A stretch of 59,410 bases of DNA from a virus. Its lineage: Duplodnaviria; Caudoviricetes. This document shows, one piece after another, positions 37,452 through 46,059 of this stretch; the stretch's first letter is position 1, and each line of letters opens with the position of its first letter. The notes under the pieces were generated by a model, which saw only the letters and a list, made by a program, of their open reading frames with translations, searched no databases and was not told where the DNA came from. Both the position numbers and the translations under genes were made by a program. Location: IMG/VR virus record IMGVR_UViG_3300020021_000010, positions 1-59,410 of that record, one strand, 5' to 3'.

Positions 37452-37924
37452 CAGCCCAGCTCCCCGTCATCGGATACGACCCGCAACAGACGCTCGGGGA
37501 CGTAGGATTCGCCCGTGGTGCGCTTCAGGGCCGAGAGGATTCCGACGTGTTTCACCGCATGGGCTTGCTCGTCTAGCGTGAGCCACGGAAGGATGTCCAG
37601 GTCGCCTTCGTCGTACCTGCGGTGAAGGTCGCGCGCCAGTCCGATCACGCAGTCGGAGTCGTCGCACCCGCCCATCCCACGGGGCGTGATATGTGCAGGA
37701 TCGATGACCTCGCGGGGAAACTCGTGGCCGGATAGTCGGCACCCTTCGGCGAGCACCTTGCCTCGCTGCTGGTCACTCGCGTAACCAACTGGCCCGCGCT
37801 TCAACTTCGAGGGCTTCCGGGTCATCTGCGAGCGCTTGAGTCCCTTCGCTGCTTTCGGCTTCTTCTCCAACCGGGCGATCGGGGTCACGTTGCTCTTGGC
37901 TGCGCTGGACGGTAGGGGGGTCAT
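37451..37924 (-). CDS. HNH-like / recombination-associated nuclease
   Basis: DPAH...RGMGG......I.L....H..YD. Confidence 0.55.
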   Translation of the reverse strand: MTPLPSSAAKSNVTPIARLEKKPKAAKGLKRSQMTRKPSKLKRGPVGYASDQQRGKVLAEGCRLSGHEFPREVIDPAHITPRGMGGCDDSDCVIGLARDLHRRYDEGDLDILPWLTLDEQAHAVKHVGILSALKRTTGESYVPERLLRVVSDDGELG

Positions 37925-38148
37925 GCGGACCGCTTTTCGCGGGTGTGGCGGCTGTGCTCGGCGTTTGCCGCAGTGCAAATTGGACAACGGCAACACCAAT
38001 TTTTGTAGCTGCTCAGACCGTGGGTTGGCGGGGTGAGCTTGCGACGCTCTTCCGCCCGCGCGATGCCGTAGGTAGTATTCGCGCGTTTGCACTCCTCGCA
38101 ACGACATTTGCCGTTGACATAGCAGTATCGGGTGCCGTGTTCCATCAT
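37921..38148 (-). CDS. Tandem HG..Y...CRC..C zinc-finger protein
   Basis: Two repeats of the motif. Confidence 0.65.
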   Translation of the reverse strand: MMEHGTRYCYVNGKCRCEECKRANTTYGIARAEERRKLTPPTHGLSSYKNWCCRCPICTAANAEHSRHTREKRSA

Positions 38149-38474
38149 GCGCGCTCCCGAAGTGCCAAGAGCGGCAGCAGCTCGTCAAGCTCGATCAGGG
38201 CGAGCCACGGTGAACGCGAGCGACGGAACGCGACGACCGGCGTGTACCCAACCGCCAAGTCACCCTGCGCCTGCTCCCACCACTCCCAGACGTGGGCCTT
38301 CTCGAAGCGCTTCACCTCAAGATGAACACCAGCGGGTCCCTTGGCGATATCACCGCGCAGGGCCTGCTCGCGACCATCGCTTGTGCGGCGTGCTAGCGGC
38401 CAGCCGGCGTCCCGGATGATCCGTGCCACCTCGCGCTCAGCAGCGGCGCCCTTGTCTCGGCTTGCCTTGCCCAT
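38145..38474 (-). CDS. Holliday junction resolvase-like PD-(D/E)XK nuclease
   Basis: SRDKG...ERE, GDI, EVKR, WWEQA. Confidence 0.75.
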   Translation of the reverse strand: MGKASRDKGAAAEREVARIIRDAGWPLARRTSDGREQALRGDIAKGPAGVHLEVKRFEKAHVWEWWEQAQGDLAVGYTPVVAFRRSRSPWLALIELDELLPLLALRERA

Positions 38475-39543
38475 CTAGCTCGCCTCCTCGGGTATACCCT
38501 CAGAAGCGAGAGCGACATCGATCTCCCTGAGCAGCGCGTCGCCTTCGATGCCTTGAATCCTGTAGCTATGAACAGGCCGGCCGGGGCCAGTTTGTCTCGA
38601 GACCCACTTACTGATGCCGACTACCGCGCGTGTGTGAACCAGCGCCTCCTCAAGTACCTGTATGCGGGCCTCGGCCTCCTCGGCACGTCGCAACAGTTCA
38701 CCTGCGCACACGGCCGTTACCCAACGAGTGCCTCTCCCATCTCGCAAGACTGGCTGCTGGTCCATTACGCGCCTCGACCCTGCGCCCGAAGTAGTGACAT
38801 CCCGATCGCTGCTCTCGTGTCCAAGAGACGCACGACGCCCTTCAGGCCCTCGTACTTCGCCTCGTCATCCATCCCGATCAGTGCTGCCGCTACGTCGGCC
38901 TTCGCGGAGCGTTCCGCGACGGTGCCCTCCGCTGAGAGGAACGCTTCGGCTTTCGCCTTCTCCTTCAGCCGCTTGGAGCCGAAATGCTCCAACGCGGCCT
39001 GCTCAAACTCGTTCTGGCGCATGGCCAGGTCGGTCTCGATCTCGTCGAGGCGGGCCTGCACGGCGCCGGGGCTAGTGAGTGTCACTTGAACGCCCTCGGT
39101 TTCACGCTGACGCGCCGCTCGTGGTTCTCCTTTGGGCGGGCGTGACGCTCTACGATCTCCGCGAGCTGGCCGCCCTGGCGAATGAGCGCTTTCAGGCCGT
39201 TCGCGCGGGGCTTGTACACGGGCACGATCTCCACGGCCCGGTCGAGAGCATCCTGCGAGATCACCTCGTCGTCGACGAACTGCTCAAGCTCCTGGCGTAA
39301 CGGCTCCGCGTCGTATTCGGTTGGGGGCGCTGGCCCGTCGCCCTTGATCTCCATGTCACCCGCGCGGACCGTGTACTGCGCGTCCCGGTCCATCCGGGCG
39401 AGTAGCTCCTGCACGACGCGGCGCTTCTCCGCGCGCATCTGTTCGTCAAGTTCCCGGGCCTCGGTGAGCCAGCGGGCGAGCATCTCCGTGGACGCGTCGA
39501 GTTCGAGGATCTCCCCGGTGGCTGGGTGGACGACGATGCTCAT
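38475..39543 (-). other. Three hypothetical genes (38475-38765, 38765-39085, 39082-39543)
   Basis: Coupled ORFs in the recombination module. Confidence 0.55.
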
Positions 39544-40424
39544 CCTTCGCGCTCGCTTCTGCGCTGGCGGTCACGGTCGTTTGCGTCCATCCGGTCACCG
39601 ATGAGCCTTTCGAGCTCTGTCGCCTGGTCCTCCGTGAGACTTGCAACGGCGGCCTGGATCTCCTGCGCGGAGGCGTTGCCCTGGATATGAGCACCAGCCT
39701 GGTTGACTAGCCCGACCTGCTGGCGGTTCAGTAGCCCCACCTCCGAGAGGGACACGTACAGGTCCACAGCAGAGTGGTCGTCGATGATCGACTCGTCGGA
39801 GACCTCGTCGTCGCCCTGCGCGTCTCCGAGGTCGCCGTGCAGCAAGGGCTCGCCGAACGCGGCCACGCCGACCTGCTCCAGCCACTGCTCGTATCTGAGC
39901 CTCAGATATTCGAGGCCAGCCTGCGTGATATCGACATGCCACTTGCCGTCGTGGCCCTTCCACTTGCCCACGCGTTTATCGGCGACCGTCAGACGCGACT
40001 TGGGAACACGGTTGAGCGACACTCCCACGCCGAGGTGCACCGCCGCACGCTTCAGCGCATCGGAGTAGCGCGCCTTCAGCGTGCCGCCCTCCCCTACGTC
40101 CTCGCGGCTGATGTCGTCCCCGTGGATGGGGTCAGCGATCACGATCCGGCAGAGCATGTGGCCGCGTTCCCGCTCCTCAAAATGCGGGGTCCAGAGGTGC
40201 GGGATCACCATGTTCAAGCGGTCGATGACCAACCCTCGGTCCATGTACGCGACGACTAGCCCGGCGGACGGGCCTTTCTCGGCGTCCTTGCCAATGTTGC
40301 TCTGGACCTTCCATTTCACGGCCTTACCCTCGAACGGCCGGCGGAGCTCCAGGGCGGCATCCCGGAAGCTGCCGAGCGGAAACCTCGGCGTAGGAGCGGC
40401 GGGCCCCGTCCCGACCTCAGGCAT
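39540..40424 (-). CDS. Rad52/Sak-like single-strand annealing protein
   Basis: L..PF....VKWK...AY.D...V..RLN, REDVG, K..YSDALKRAA..LGVG. Confidence 0.8.
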   Translation of the reverse strand: MPEVGTGPAAPTPRFPLGSFRDAALELRRPFEGKAVKWKVQSNIGKDAEKGPSAGLVVAYMDRGLVIDRLNMVIPHLWTPHFEERERGHMLCRIVIADPIHGDDISREDVGEGGTLKARYSDALKRAAVHLGVGVSLNRVPKSRLTVADKRVGKWKGHDGKWHVDITQAGLEYLRLRYEQWLEQVGVAAFGEPLLHGDLGDAQGDDEVSDESIIDDHSAVDLYVSLSEVGLLNRQQVGLVNQAGAHIQGNASAQEIQAAVASLTEDQATELERLIGDRMDANDRDRQRRSEREG

Positions 40425-42285
40425 CCTGCACCCCCGAAGACACCGGAACCTCGATGAACTTCCGCTCCGCGAGCTGGCCTGCGACATGCGCGTCGAACGC
40501 CCCACGACCCTCGCGGTCTACACCGTCGACGACTAGCTGCAGCGCGGCGATCAACGCCAGGGCCTCCCCCGTGTGGAACCACTCGTACGCTTCCATCGCG
40601 CCGGTTTTGAGGCAGAACTGCACGGGGCCGAACATGTTCACGGCGTGCCTGGGAGTGGGCATTACGCGGAACTCGCACGCGCGCGTCTTGACGACTGTGG
40701 TTAGATTCTCATCCATCACGAACCTCGCTTCGTGGTCAAGGGCGAGACGGCTCCAACCGTGCTCGCCCGTTTTTGTGAGTAATCCGGGGAGAGACCTACT
40801 GCCCCGCACCATCCGAAAGCGCTCGACAGTGGCCGGCTCGACCGCACTGCCATCTCCTCCGCGTCGAACTCCGCGTCGTCCCTTTCCCGCTGCCATGCTT
40901 TCCAGATCCGGGGCCAGCGCGAATACGTACGGACACCACGGTGGGGTTTATGCGGCACCGGGTGACGCTTGCGACCGTGGCGGGCCTTGTGCGAAATCTT
41001 CATGCCACGCTCCTGTACCGCTCGCGCAGCTTGTCACTGACAACCTCGTCCGCGTATGGGCAGGGCTTCTCGAAAGTGCAAGGCGGGAAGCCCTTCGGGC
41101 AAGGGTCTTCACACGGGCACGCTGCGCGCTCGTCGTCCCATCCGTCCCGGCGGGCTTCATCCAAGGAGCGGGGAGCCGTCATCGCGTGGCCTCGACCCGC
41201 AAGCAGTGGGCACATACGCGCCCCTCCTGCTCTACGAGTGCGCGGTGCTCAGCCGCCAAGTGGACGCGCGGGAGACCTCCACCATCCGCCCCGCAGAGCA
41301 CCTCCTGTCTGCGGGGCGCTGGACGCAAGATGTGGTACTTGCGCCGTCGACCGAACACACCGAAGCGAATCAGGTCGGCGGTCATGACAACCGTCCGTTC
41401 TCGCGGAGGAAGGCTTCGATCTTGGCGCTGGGCAGGTCGTAGCCAAGCGCGGTGATCTTCTCCAGCAGGTCAAGGACCGGCTCCGCCTCGATGACCTTTG
41501 CCCCGGCTAGGTATTCACGGCACGCATCCCAGCCCGCCTCGAAACGATCGCCGGTAAATGCGCCGGCATGTTCATCGCGATTGCACTGGTAAGCCGCCAC
41601 CTCCATTGCTTTGCGCTCGTGTCCGCCCCGGGTCATCTTGGGCTCCTCACATAGGAACGGCCCTCACAAGACGAAGCGGCGTATTTCTCCTCCAGTGGGT
41701 GGGCCTGTTGTTCGTCGCCGAGCTTGGCGGCTTCACACAAGGCCAGGGCGAGCAGCCCCACGGTAATAAAGGGCAGGAGTGCGCAGAAGATCAGAGCGGC
41801 GAGGATCACGACAGCCCCTCGTGCTTGCAATACCCCGGCACGCTCCCCAACCCCGCCTTACGTAGATCCCCCAACGACACGCAGACAGATACACATACGC
41901 TCTGCTCGTCTACGAGGTCACTGTCTCCTATGCCGTCACGTTGGGCGGCGACACGCTTGAGGATCTCGTCGAGGATTCGACCCTTCGCGGCCGTCGTGTC
42001 CGGTTTGACGTAGAAGACGCCGGTTTGGTCGCGGGTCGTCATGGGCTAAGCCGCCTTCCCTCTGGGCTCGCCAACAACGACGGACACACCGGCTCGCTCC
42101 AGCCGCGTGACCAGGCTCACCGAGGGGTCGTATGCCTTCGCTTGAAGCGTCAGCGGGAGGTGCTCGATGTGCCGCTCGCAGAGGTACGCCCACAGGCCCG
42201 AGTGGCCGGCGCCCTGCGCGCTGACCGACGTGCGCGGGGCGATACGAGACGCGGGAGATCCGCAGAGATGACAGGTCTTCGCCAT
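40417..42285 (-). other. Run of very small hypothetical early genes
   Basis: Tightly coupled 60-100 aa ORFs (40417-40716, 40716-41003, 41000-41181, 41382-41636, 41633-41830, 41806-42042, 42046-42285). Confidence 0.45.
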
Positions 42286-42539
42286 TAGGCGGCTTCCTTC
42301 CGTACCGGAGTCGCCTTGGTCTCGTGCGCCTCGGGCCATAGCTCGACGCTTGCGCAGCCGACTACCGCTGCGATCTCCTCACGACGCTCCGGGAGGGGCA
42401 CGTACTCCCCCCTCGTCCAAGCGCCGACCTGCCGACGGTCGGCGCCAAGAGCTCGCGCCAGGGCGGACTGGCTCAGGCCGGCACGCTCAAGGGCTTTACG
42501 GAGCGGGGTGTGGACTTCGCTTGCGAGGTACGGGGGCAC
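42285..42539 (-). CDS. Cro-like XRE HTH regulator
   Basis: LRKAL.RAGLSQ..LARALG.....V..W..G...P; AAGGAG RBS; first gene of the early operon. Confidence 0.85.
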   Translation of the reverse strand: MPPYLASEVHTPLRKALERAGLSQSALARALGADRRQVGAWTRGEYVPLPERREEIAAVVGCASVELWPEAHETKATPVRKEAA

Positions 42540-42588
42540 TGTGGGCTCCTTGCGGTTAGCTTGGAATCCACTCGACCGCTTCTACTTC

Positions 42589-43590
42589 CTATCGAGTGAA
42601 CACGGAGAACCGTATCACACCCTTCCCGCCCACGTCAAGAGTGCTGGTGCGAGACGTGCGCGCGTCTCTCGCATGGGCGCGCATCTGCCCCTCGAACCGC
42701 GCCCTTCGCGAAGCAACTGGCTCCCCGTAGCGCAGCCCCCGCACGCTCCCCGCGAGTTCCTCAAGATCGGGCCGGTCCACGTACACGGAAGCGGTCGTCT
42801 GCACACTCGCGTGACCCATCAGGGCCTGTGCCGCCCGCAGACCGGCGTGCCTGGCCACGTGATCACCGAAGGCATGGCGAAGTAGATGAGGGTGGACACG
42901 CGTGGCGATACCTGCACGCTCGGCGACGCCCCGGACGACGCGTGCGAGGGCGGTGTGGCTGATCTGGCATGTTCGTGGCCGTTGGATCGGGCTGCTGGTC
43001 TTGTACGTCGCGACGACGTGATGATCAGGGCGGATGGTCGCGCGGATCTCCTCGACGACGGGGGCGAGTTCGGGTAGCACGGGGACCCACCGCTCGTGTT
43101 TGCCCTTCGCGATATCCGCGCTGAACCACACGAACCCCGGCCGCTGGAAGTGGCGTCCTTGGAGCGCGGCGAGTTCGGCTACCCGTGCCCCGGTGCAGAC
43201 ACCGAGCAGGATCATCCACCGCTCCCGCTGGGTCTCGCACGCCGCGATCATCGCCTCGACCTCCCTGCGTGTCAGACGGATCGTCGTCTGCTTGCGCGTC
43301 TTCGTTCGCGCGACCTGCCGCGCCGGGTTATCCACCCGGTGGCCCTCCGTCAGCATCCAGTCGTAGAAGCTCACCAGCACCGAATGCTCGTGCGCGCGCG
43401 TGTTCGGGTGCTCCCATCGTGCGAGCGTCCGCTTCACGTCCTCCCGCACGGCTCCCAACGCGCCGCAGGGCGTGTCCTGGGCGTGGAGTCCGAGCACGCG
43501 CCGGCATCCGCGGACCGTGTTCGGGCTGTTGATCCTCCCGGCCTGCCGCTGGTCGCGCAGATACTCCTCGATCGCATCCTCGAACCGCAT
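42589..43590 (-). CDS. Tyrosine recombinase (XerC/D-like architecture)
   Basis: Catalytic R (TGARVAEL), K (AKGK), HLLRH, MGH, Y; SAM-like N-term; start MRFEDAI. Confidence 0.92.
   Translation of the reverse strand: MRFEDAIEEYLRDQRQAGRINSPNTVRGCRRVLGLHAQDTPCGALGAVREDVKRTLARWEHPNTRAHEHSVLVSFYDWMLTEGHRVDNPARQVARTKTRKQTTIRLTRREVEAMIAACETQRERWMILLGVCTGARVAELAALQGRHFQRPGFVWFSADIAKGKHERWVPVLPELAPVVEEIRATIRPDHHVVATYKTSSPIQRPRTCQISHTALARVVRGVAERAGIATRVHPHLLRHAFGDHVARHAGLRAAQALMGHASVQTTASVYVDRPDLEELAGSVRGLRYGEPVASRRARFEGQMRAHARDARTSRTSTLDVGGKGVIRFSVFTR
42609..42638 (-). promoter_or_regulatory. Putative sigma70-type early promoter
   Basis: TTGACG-18 nt-TACGGT with extended TG, upstream of the cro-like gene, inside the 3' end of the recombinase. 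Confidence 0.6.
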
Positions 43591-43671
43591 TGCGTTGTCC
43601 CTTCCATGGGGGTCGCCTCGCGCGGTATCGTCGGACCCGCATCGAGTGCCTTTTATCCGTCTCGATGTCAC

Positions 43672-43724
43672 GCCCCCGGCTGTTAGAGCAGCGCGGGGGC
43701 ACTTTCTGGCGCGGCACCGTATCA
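43672..43724 (-). promoter_or_regulatory. Extended -10 (TGATACGGT) plus conserved leader hairpin upstream of the recombinase
   Basis: AAGTGCCCCCGCGC-N10-GCCGGGGGC; same arms at 52745-52775. Confidence 0.55.
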
Positions 43725-43956
43725 GGTCGACTCGTTGAGTCCTCTCCAAGCACTAAGACGCGACCCTATCCGCGTTCGGGACGCTTCGCAATAGGCGGAA
43801 CGTCCCGTACTCTCGGCTTAGATACGCTCGCACATGCCGTACGGCCCCGGAGCCCCGCGACACTGACCCCCAGCGGTCGCGGGGCTCCCCAAAACGTCGA
43901 GCAGCCCGAAGGGTTCGCACCGGTATGCTCGACGGGCGCGCCCTCGGGCGTAGCAC

Positions 43957-44028
43957 TGGGGGGTCGTCTAACGGCAAGACACCTGACTTTCCATCATGGA
44001 GATCTCGGTTCGAATCCGAGCCCCCCAG
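43957..44028 (+). tRNA. Atypical tRNA, anticodon UUC (Glu-decoding), U1-A72/G73 acceptor, C37
   Basis: TGGGGGG/CCCCCCA acceptor, GTCT/AGAC D-stem, CCTGA-CTTTCCA-TCATG anticodon arm, CTCGG-TTCGAAT-CCGAG T-arm; no encoded CCA. Confidence 0.85.
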
Positions 44029-44068
44029 CTCTAAAGCACGGCGACCTATCAGTCGATAGACTGGTCAG

Positions 44069-44088
44069 TGGAAAGTCAGGTGTCTTGC
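44069..44088. repeat. Perfect 20-bp inverted copy of tRNA segment 43974-43993
   Basis: tggaaagtcaggtgtcttgc is the exact reverse complement of gcaagacacctgactttcca. Confidence 0.95.
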
Positions 44089-44147
44089 GGGACCCTCGGG
44101 TCTCGTTTAGGCGAATCGAGTGCTGATGGTGCGTTCCAATGCACTTG

Positions 44148-44180
44148 CGAGGGGTCCGTTTCGGCGGGCCCCTCGTCTTT
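44148..44180 (+). terminator. Intrinsic terminator for the tRNA transcript
   Basis: cgaggggtccgt-ttcg-gcgggcccctcg followed by tcttt. Confidence 0.65.
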
Positions 44181-44399
44181 AAGCGCCGCTCCGCTCCGAC
44201 CCCTTAACGCAGAGAAGCGCCCCACGTCCGGGGAGACGTGAGGCGCTTCATGGTCTGCTGTTCTCGGCCCGGGAGGAGAGGGAGGGGCCAAGCTTGGGTT
44301 AGTCGTGGAACGGGTCCAGCAAGCACCGCCAGCAGCGGTTGAGCAGCGCGTAGTACACGCGGCTGCGATACAAGACCCGATAGAGCAGGTAGCTCATAG

Positions 44400-44497
44400 T
44401 GCGCCCGGTGGGATTCGAACCCACGACCTCCGGCTTGAAAGACCGGTGCTACTTCCCACACCCCGAAGGTTGCGGTTGACCACTGAGCTACGGGCGC
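44400..44497 (-). tRNA. Atypical 98-nt tRNA, anticodon UUC (Glu), with hairpin insertion in the D-loop
   Basis: GCGCCCG/CGGGCGC-A acceptor, CCGGT-CTTTCAA-GCCGG anticodon arm, GTGGG-TTCGAAT-CCCAC T-arm; extra ~25 nt after AGTGG. Confidence 0.8.
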
Positions 44498-44512
44498 TTG
44501 TTTGCCTGGCGC

Positions 44513-44590
44513 CTATGCGGCGCCCGGATGTTCAAGGATTGCCGCGGCGATACACACCACGGCGAATGCCACCCCTATCACGAGCCACAT
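44513..44590 (-). CDS. 25-aa hydrophobic peptide
   Basis: AAGGAG RBS; MWLVIGVAFAVVCIAAAILEHPGAA*. Confidence 0.5.
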   Translation of the reverse strand: MWLVIGVAFAVVCIAAAILEHPGAA

Positions 44591-44612
44591 GGGCTCTCCT
44601 TTCGTCGTGCTG

Positions 44613-44739
44613 CTACCGGAGCTCTCGAGCGACGCCCCACGCTTCGGTGGGGAACGACATCGGCGAGAAGCCGAGTGCCTCATCGCCGGGACCGGTTACG
44701 TCGATGCTCCTCCCGGTCGATTCGGCAGGTCCAAAATCG
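44613..44739 (-). pseudogene. 3' fragment of RlpA-like (DPBB) gene split by the transposon
   Basis: Joins in frame to the 5' fragment after removing the element and one TSD: ...CDFGPAESTGRSIDVTG...ELR*. Confidence 0.75.
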
Positions 44740-44801
44740 GGTAGTGCATCAGTTTGATTTTCCGCTGCAAATCGGGCGGCTCTCGGCTACCTTCCGAGGC
44801 G

Positions 44802-45020
44802 ATGCAAGCCGACGAGACGCAACGCCAGGTTGTCCGCCTGGTGCTCGATCGTGAGCGCACGCTGGACGGCCTTGAGCGGCTGCTCGGCTTGGGCGCTGTA
44901 GCTGCGGTCAAGGTGCTCGCCGCCGATGGCGTCGTCATCCGGCATGGCGAGCGGCTGTGGGCCTCCCCAGGCACGTCACGTCTCGACGCGCTGGGTCTGG
45001 TCGTCGGCCAGGTCAAGTGA
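44802..45020 (+). CDS. Small winged-helix-like cargo protein
   Basis: MQADETQRQV...AV..L.ADGVV.R.G..L; TACCTT 8 nt upstream. Confidence 0.5.
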   Translation: MQADETQRQVVRLVLDRERTLDGLERLLGLGAVAAVKVLAADGVVIRHGERLWASPGTSRLDALGLVVGQVK

Positions 45021-45172
45021 GCACGCCCACAGAGCACGACGCCGCCCGGTCGGGGCGCAGGGCGCTAGACACAGCCCTTGACGCATCGGCGGCTGCGTCT
45101 ACCATAGGATCCATCGCGGAGCGTCCTTAGTCCGCCCTAAGGGAGGCGCGCCATCATGGCGATGAACAGATC

Positions 45173-45454
45173 ATGACCGACCACGAGCCCGAGAGCGACA
45201 GCCCACCACTCGTCTACGTGAACTGGTTCCGGTCGATGTCGTCGCCCTACGACCTGACACTGGATTTGGGATATCGCTCAGCCGCAGCGCCCCCTCGACC
45301 GTCGACTCGCCTCGTGCTCTCGTGGGAGTACGCACTGTCCCTACGCGAGACTCTCGACGCGCTGGTCAAAGAATACGAGGAGGACAGCGGCGAAGAGATC
45401 CGCAAGCTAGGCGGAGTTCAGTTGGGTCCGGCGCAGTTCCCAGCGGACAGATAG
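45173..45454 (+). CDS. DUF3467-like protein
   Basis: VY.N.F....SPYDL.LD.G...R.V.S...A..L...L...V..YE...G.I; TTGACG-16-TACCAT at 45078-45105. Confidence 0.65.
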   Translation: MTDHEPESDSPPLVYVNWFRSMSSPYDLTLDLGYRSAAAPPRPSTRLVLSWEYALSLRETLDALVKEYEEDSGEEIRKLGGVQLGPAQFPADR

Positions 45455-45462
45455 GAGATCGA

Positions 45463-45702
45463 ATGGCCGTCAAGGAAGCCATACCGCTTGAGCTCAAGAC
45501 CCGTGACTCGTCTGAGACGATAGGCGCCCTGTTTGGATGGAAGCGAACCGCAGAGGTCATCGAAGAGATGATGGATGTGGTGTGGGTCGAATCGGCAATA
45601 CATGATGAGCCGGGCTGGGCATTGGAGGACATTCTGACGCCTGAGGTCTTGGCCGAGTTCCACCGCGCCTCTGAGCAACTGCTCACCCGTCGCCCTGAAT
45701 AG
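45463..45702 (+). CDS. Small acidic protein, putative antitoxin
   Basis: AGGAG RBS; directly upstream of the RelE-like gene. Confidence 0.45.
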   Translation: MAVKEAIPLELKTRDSSETIGALFGWKRTAEVIEEMMDVVWVESAIHDEPGWALEDILTPEVLAEFHRASEQLLTRRPE

Positions 45703-46035
45703 GTGTTCTCGCTCTCGGAGGAGAGCGAGAAGGATCTCTCGCGGTTCTGCGAGATGCTGAGCCGATCTCAGGCCGAACTCCTCAAACGCCAGGTCGAGCA
45801 GGTTTGCACCGACCCAGGCGGTAGACGTGATCCGACCCATCGCCTAACGCGGCCCTTCCATCCGACCGGCAAACTGTCCTTCCTACCAAAAGGGCAGAAG
45901 GCGTTCGAGTTCGTGGCGAACCACTGCCGCGGCATATTCCTGGTCGACAACGAGGCGCGCGTGCTGACTTTCATCCCCGTCAAAGGAAGGCGCTTCCTCT
46001 CCATGACCGAGTGCCCATGGCACAAGGGCAAGTAG
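45703..46035 (+). CDS. Putative RelE/ParE-like toxin
   Basis: F.LSEE.EKDL...L...V...C.DP...R.IF.VD.E..VL size and pattern. Confidence 0.45.
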   Translation: MFSLSEESEKDLSRFCEMLSRSQAELLKRQVEQVCTDPGGRRDPTHRLTRPFHPTGKLSFLPKGQKAFEFVANHCRGIFLVDNEARVLTFIPVKGRRFLSMTECPWHKGK

Positions 46036-46059
46036 CTGGTTCTCGCTACTATGCAAGCG

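Noticed and set aside
44029-44130. HDV-like (theta) ribozyme in the tRNA trailer
   Set aside because: GGCGAAT resembles J4/2, but I could not build P1/P3/L3 pairings; an Infernal search is still advisable
43957-44180. tmRNA or Y RNA
   Set aside because: No G3-U70 pair or tag ORF; complete cloverleaf order; no Ro60 gene recognised
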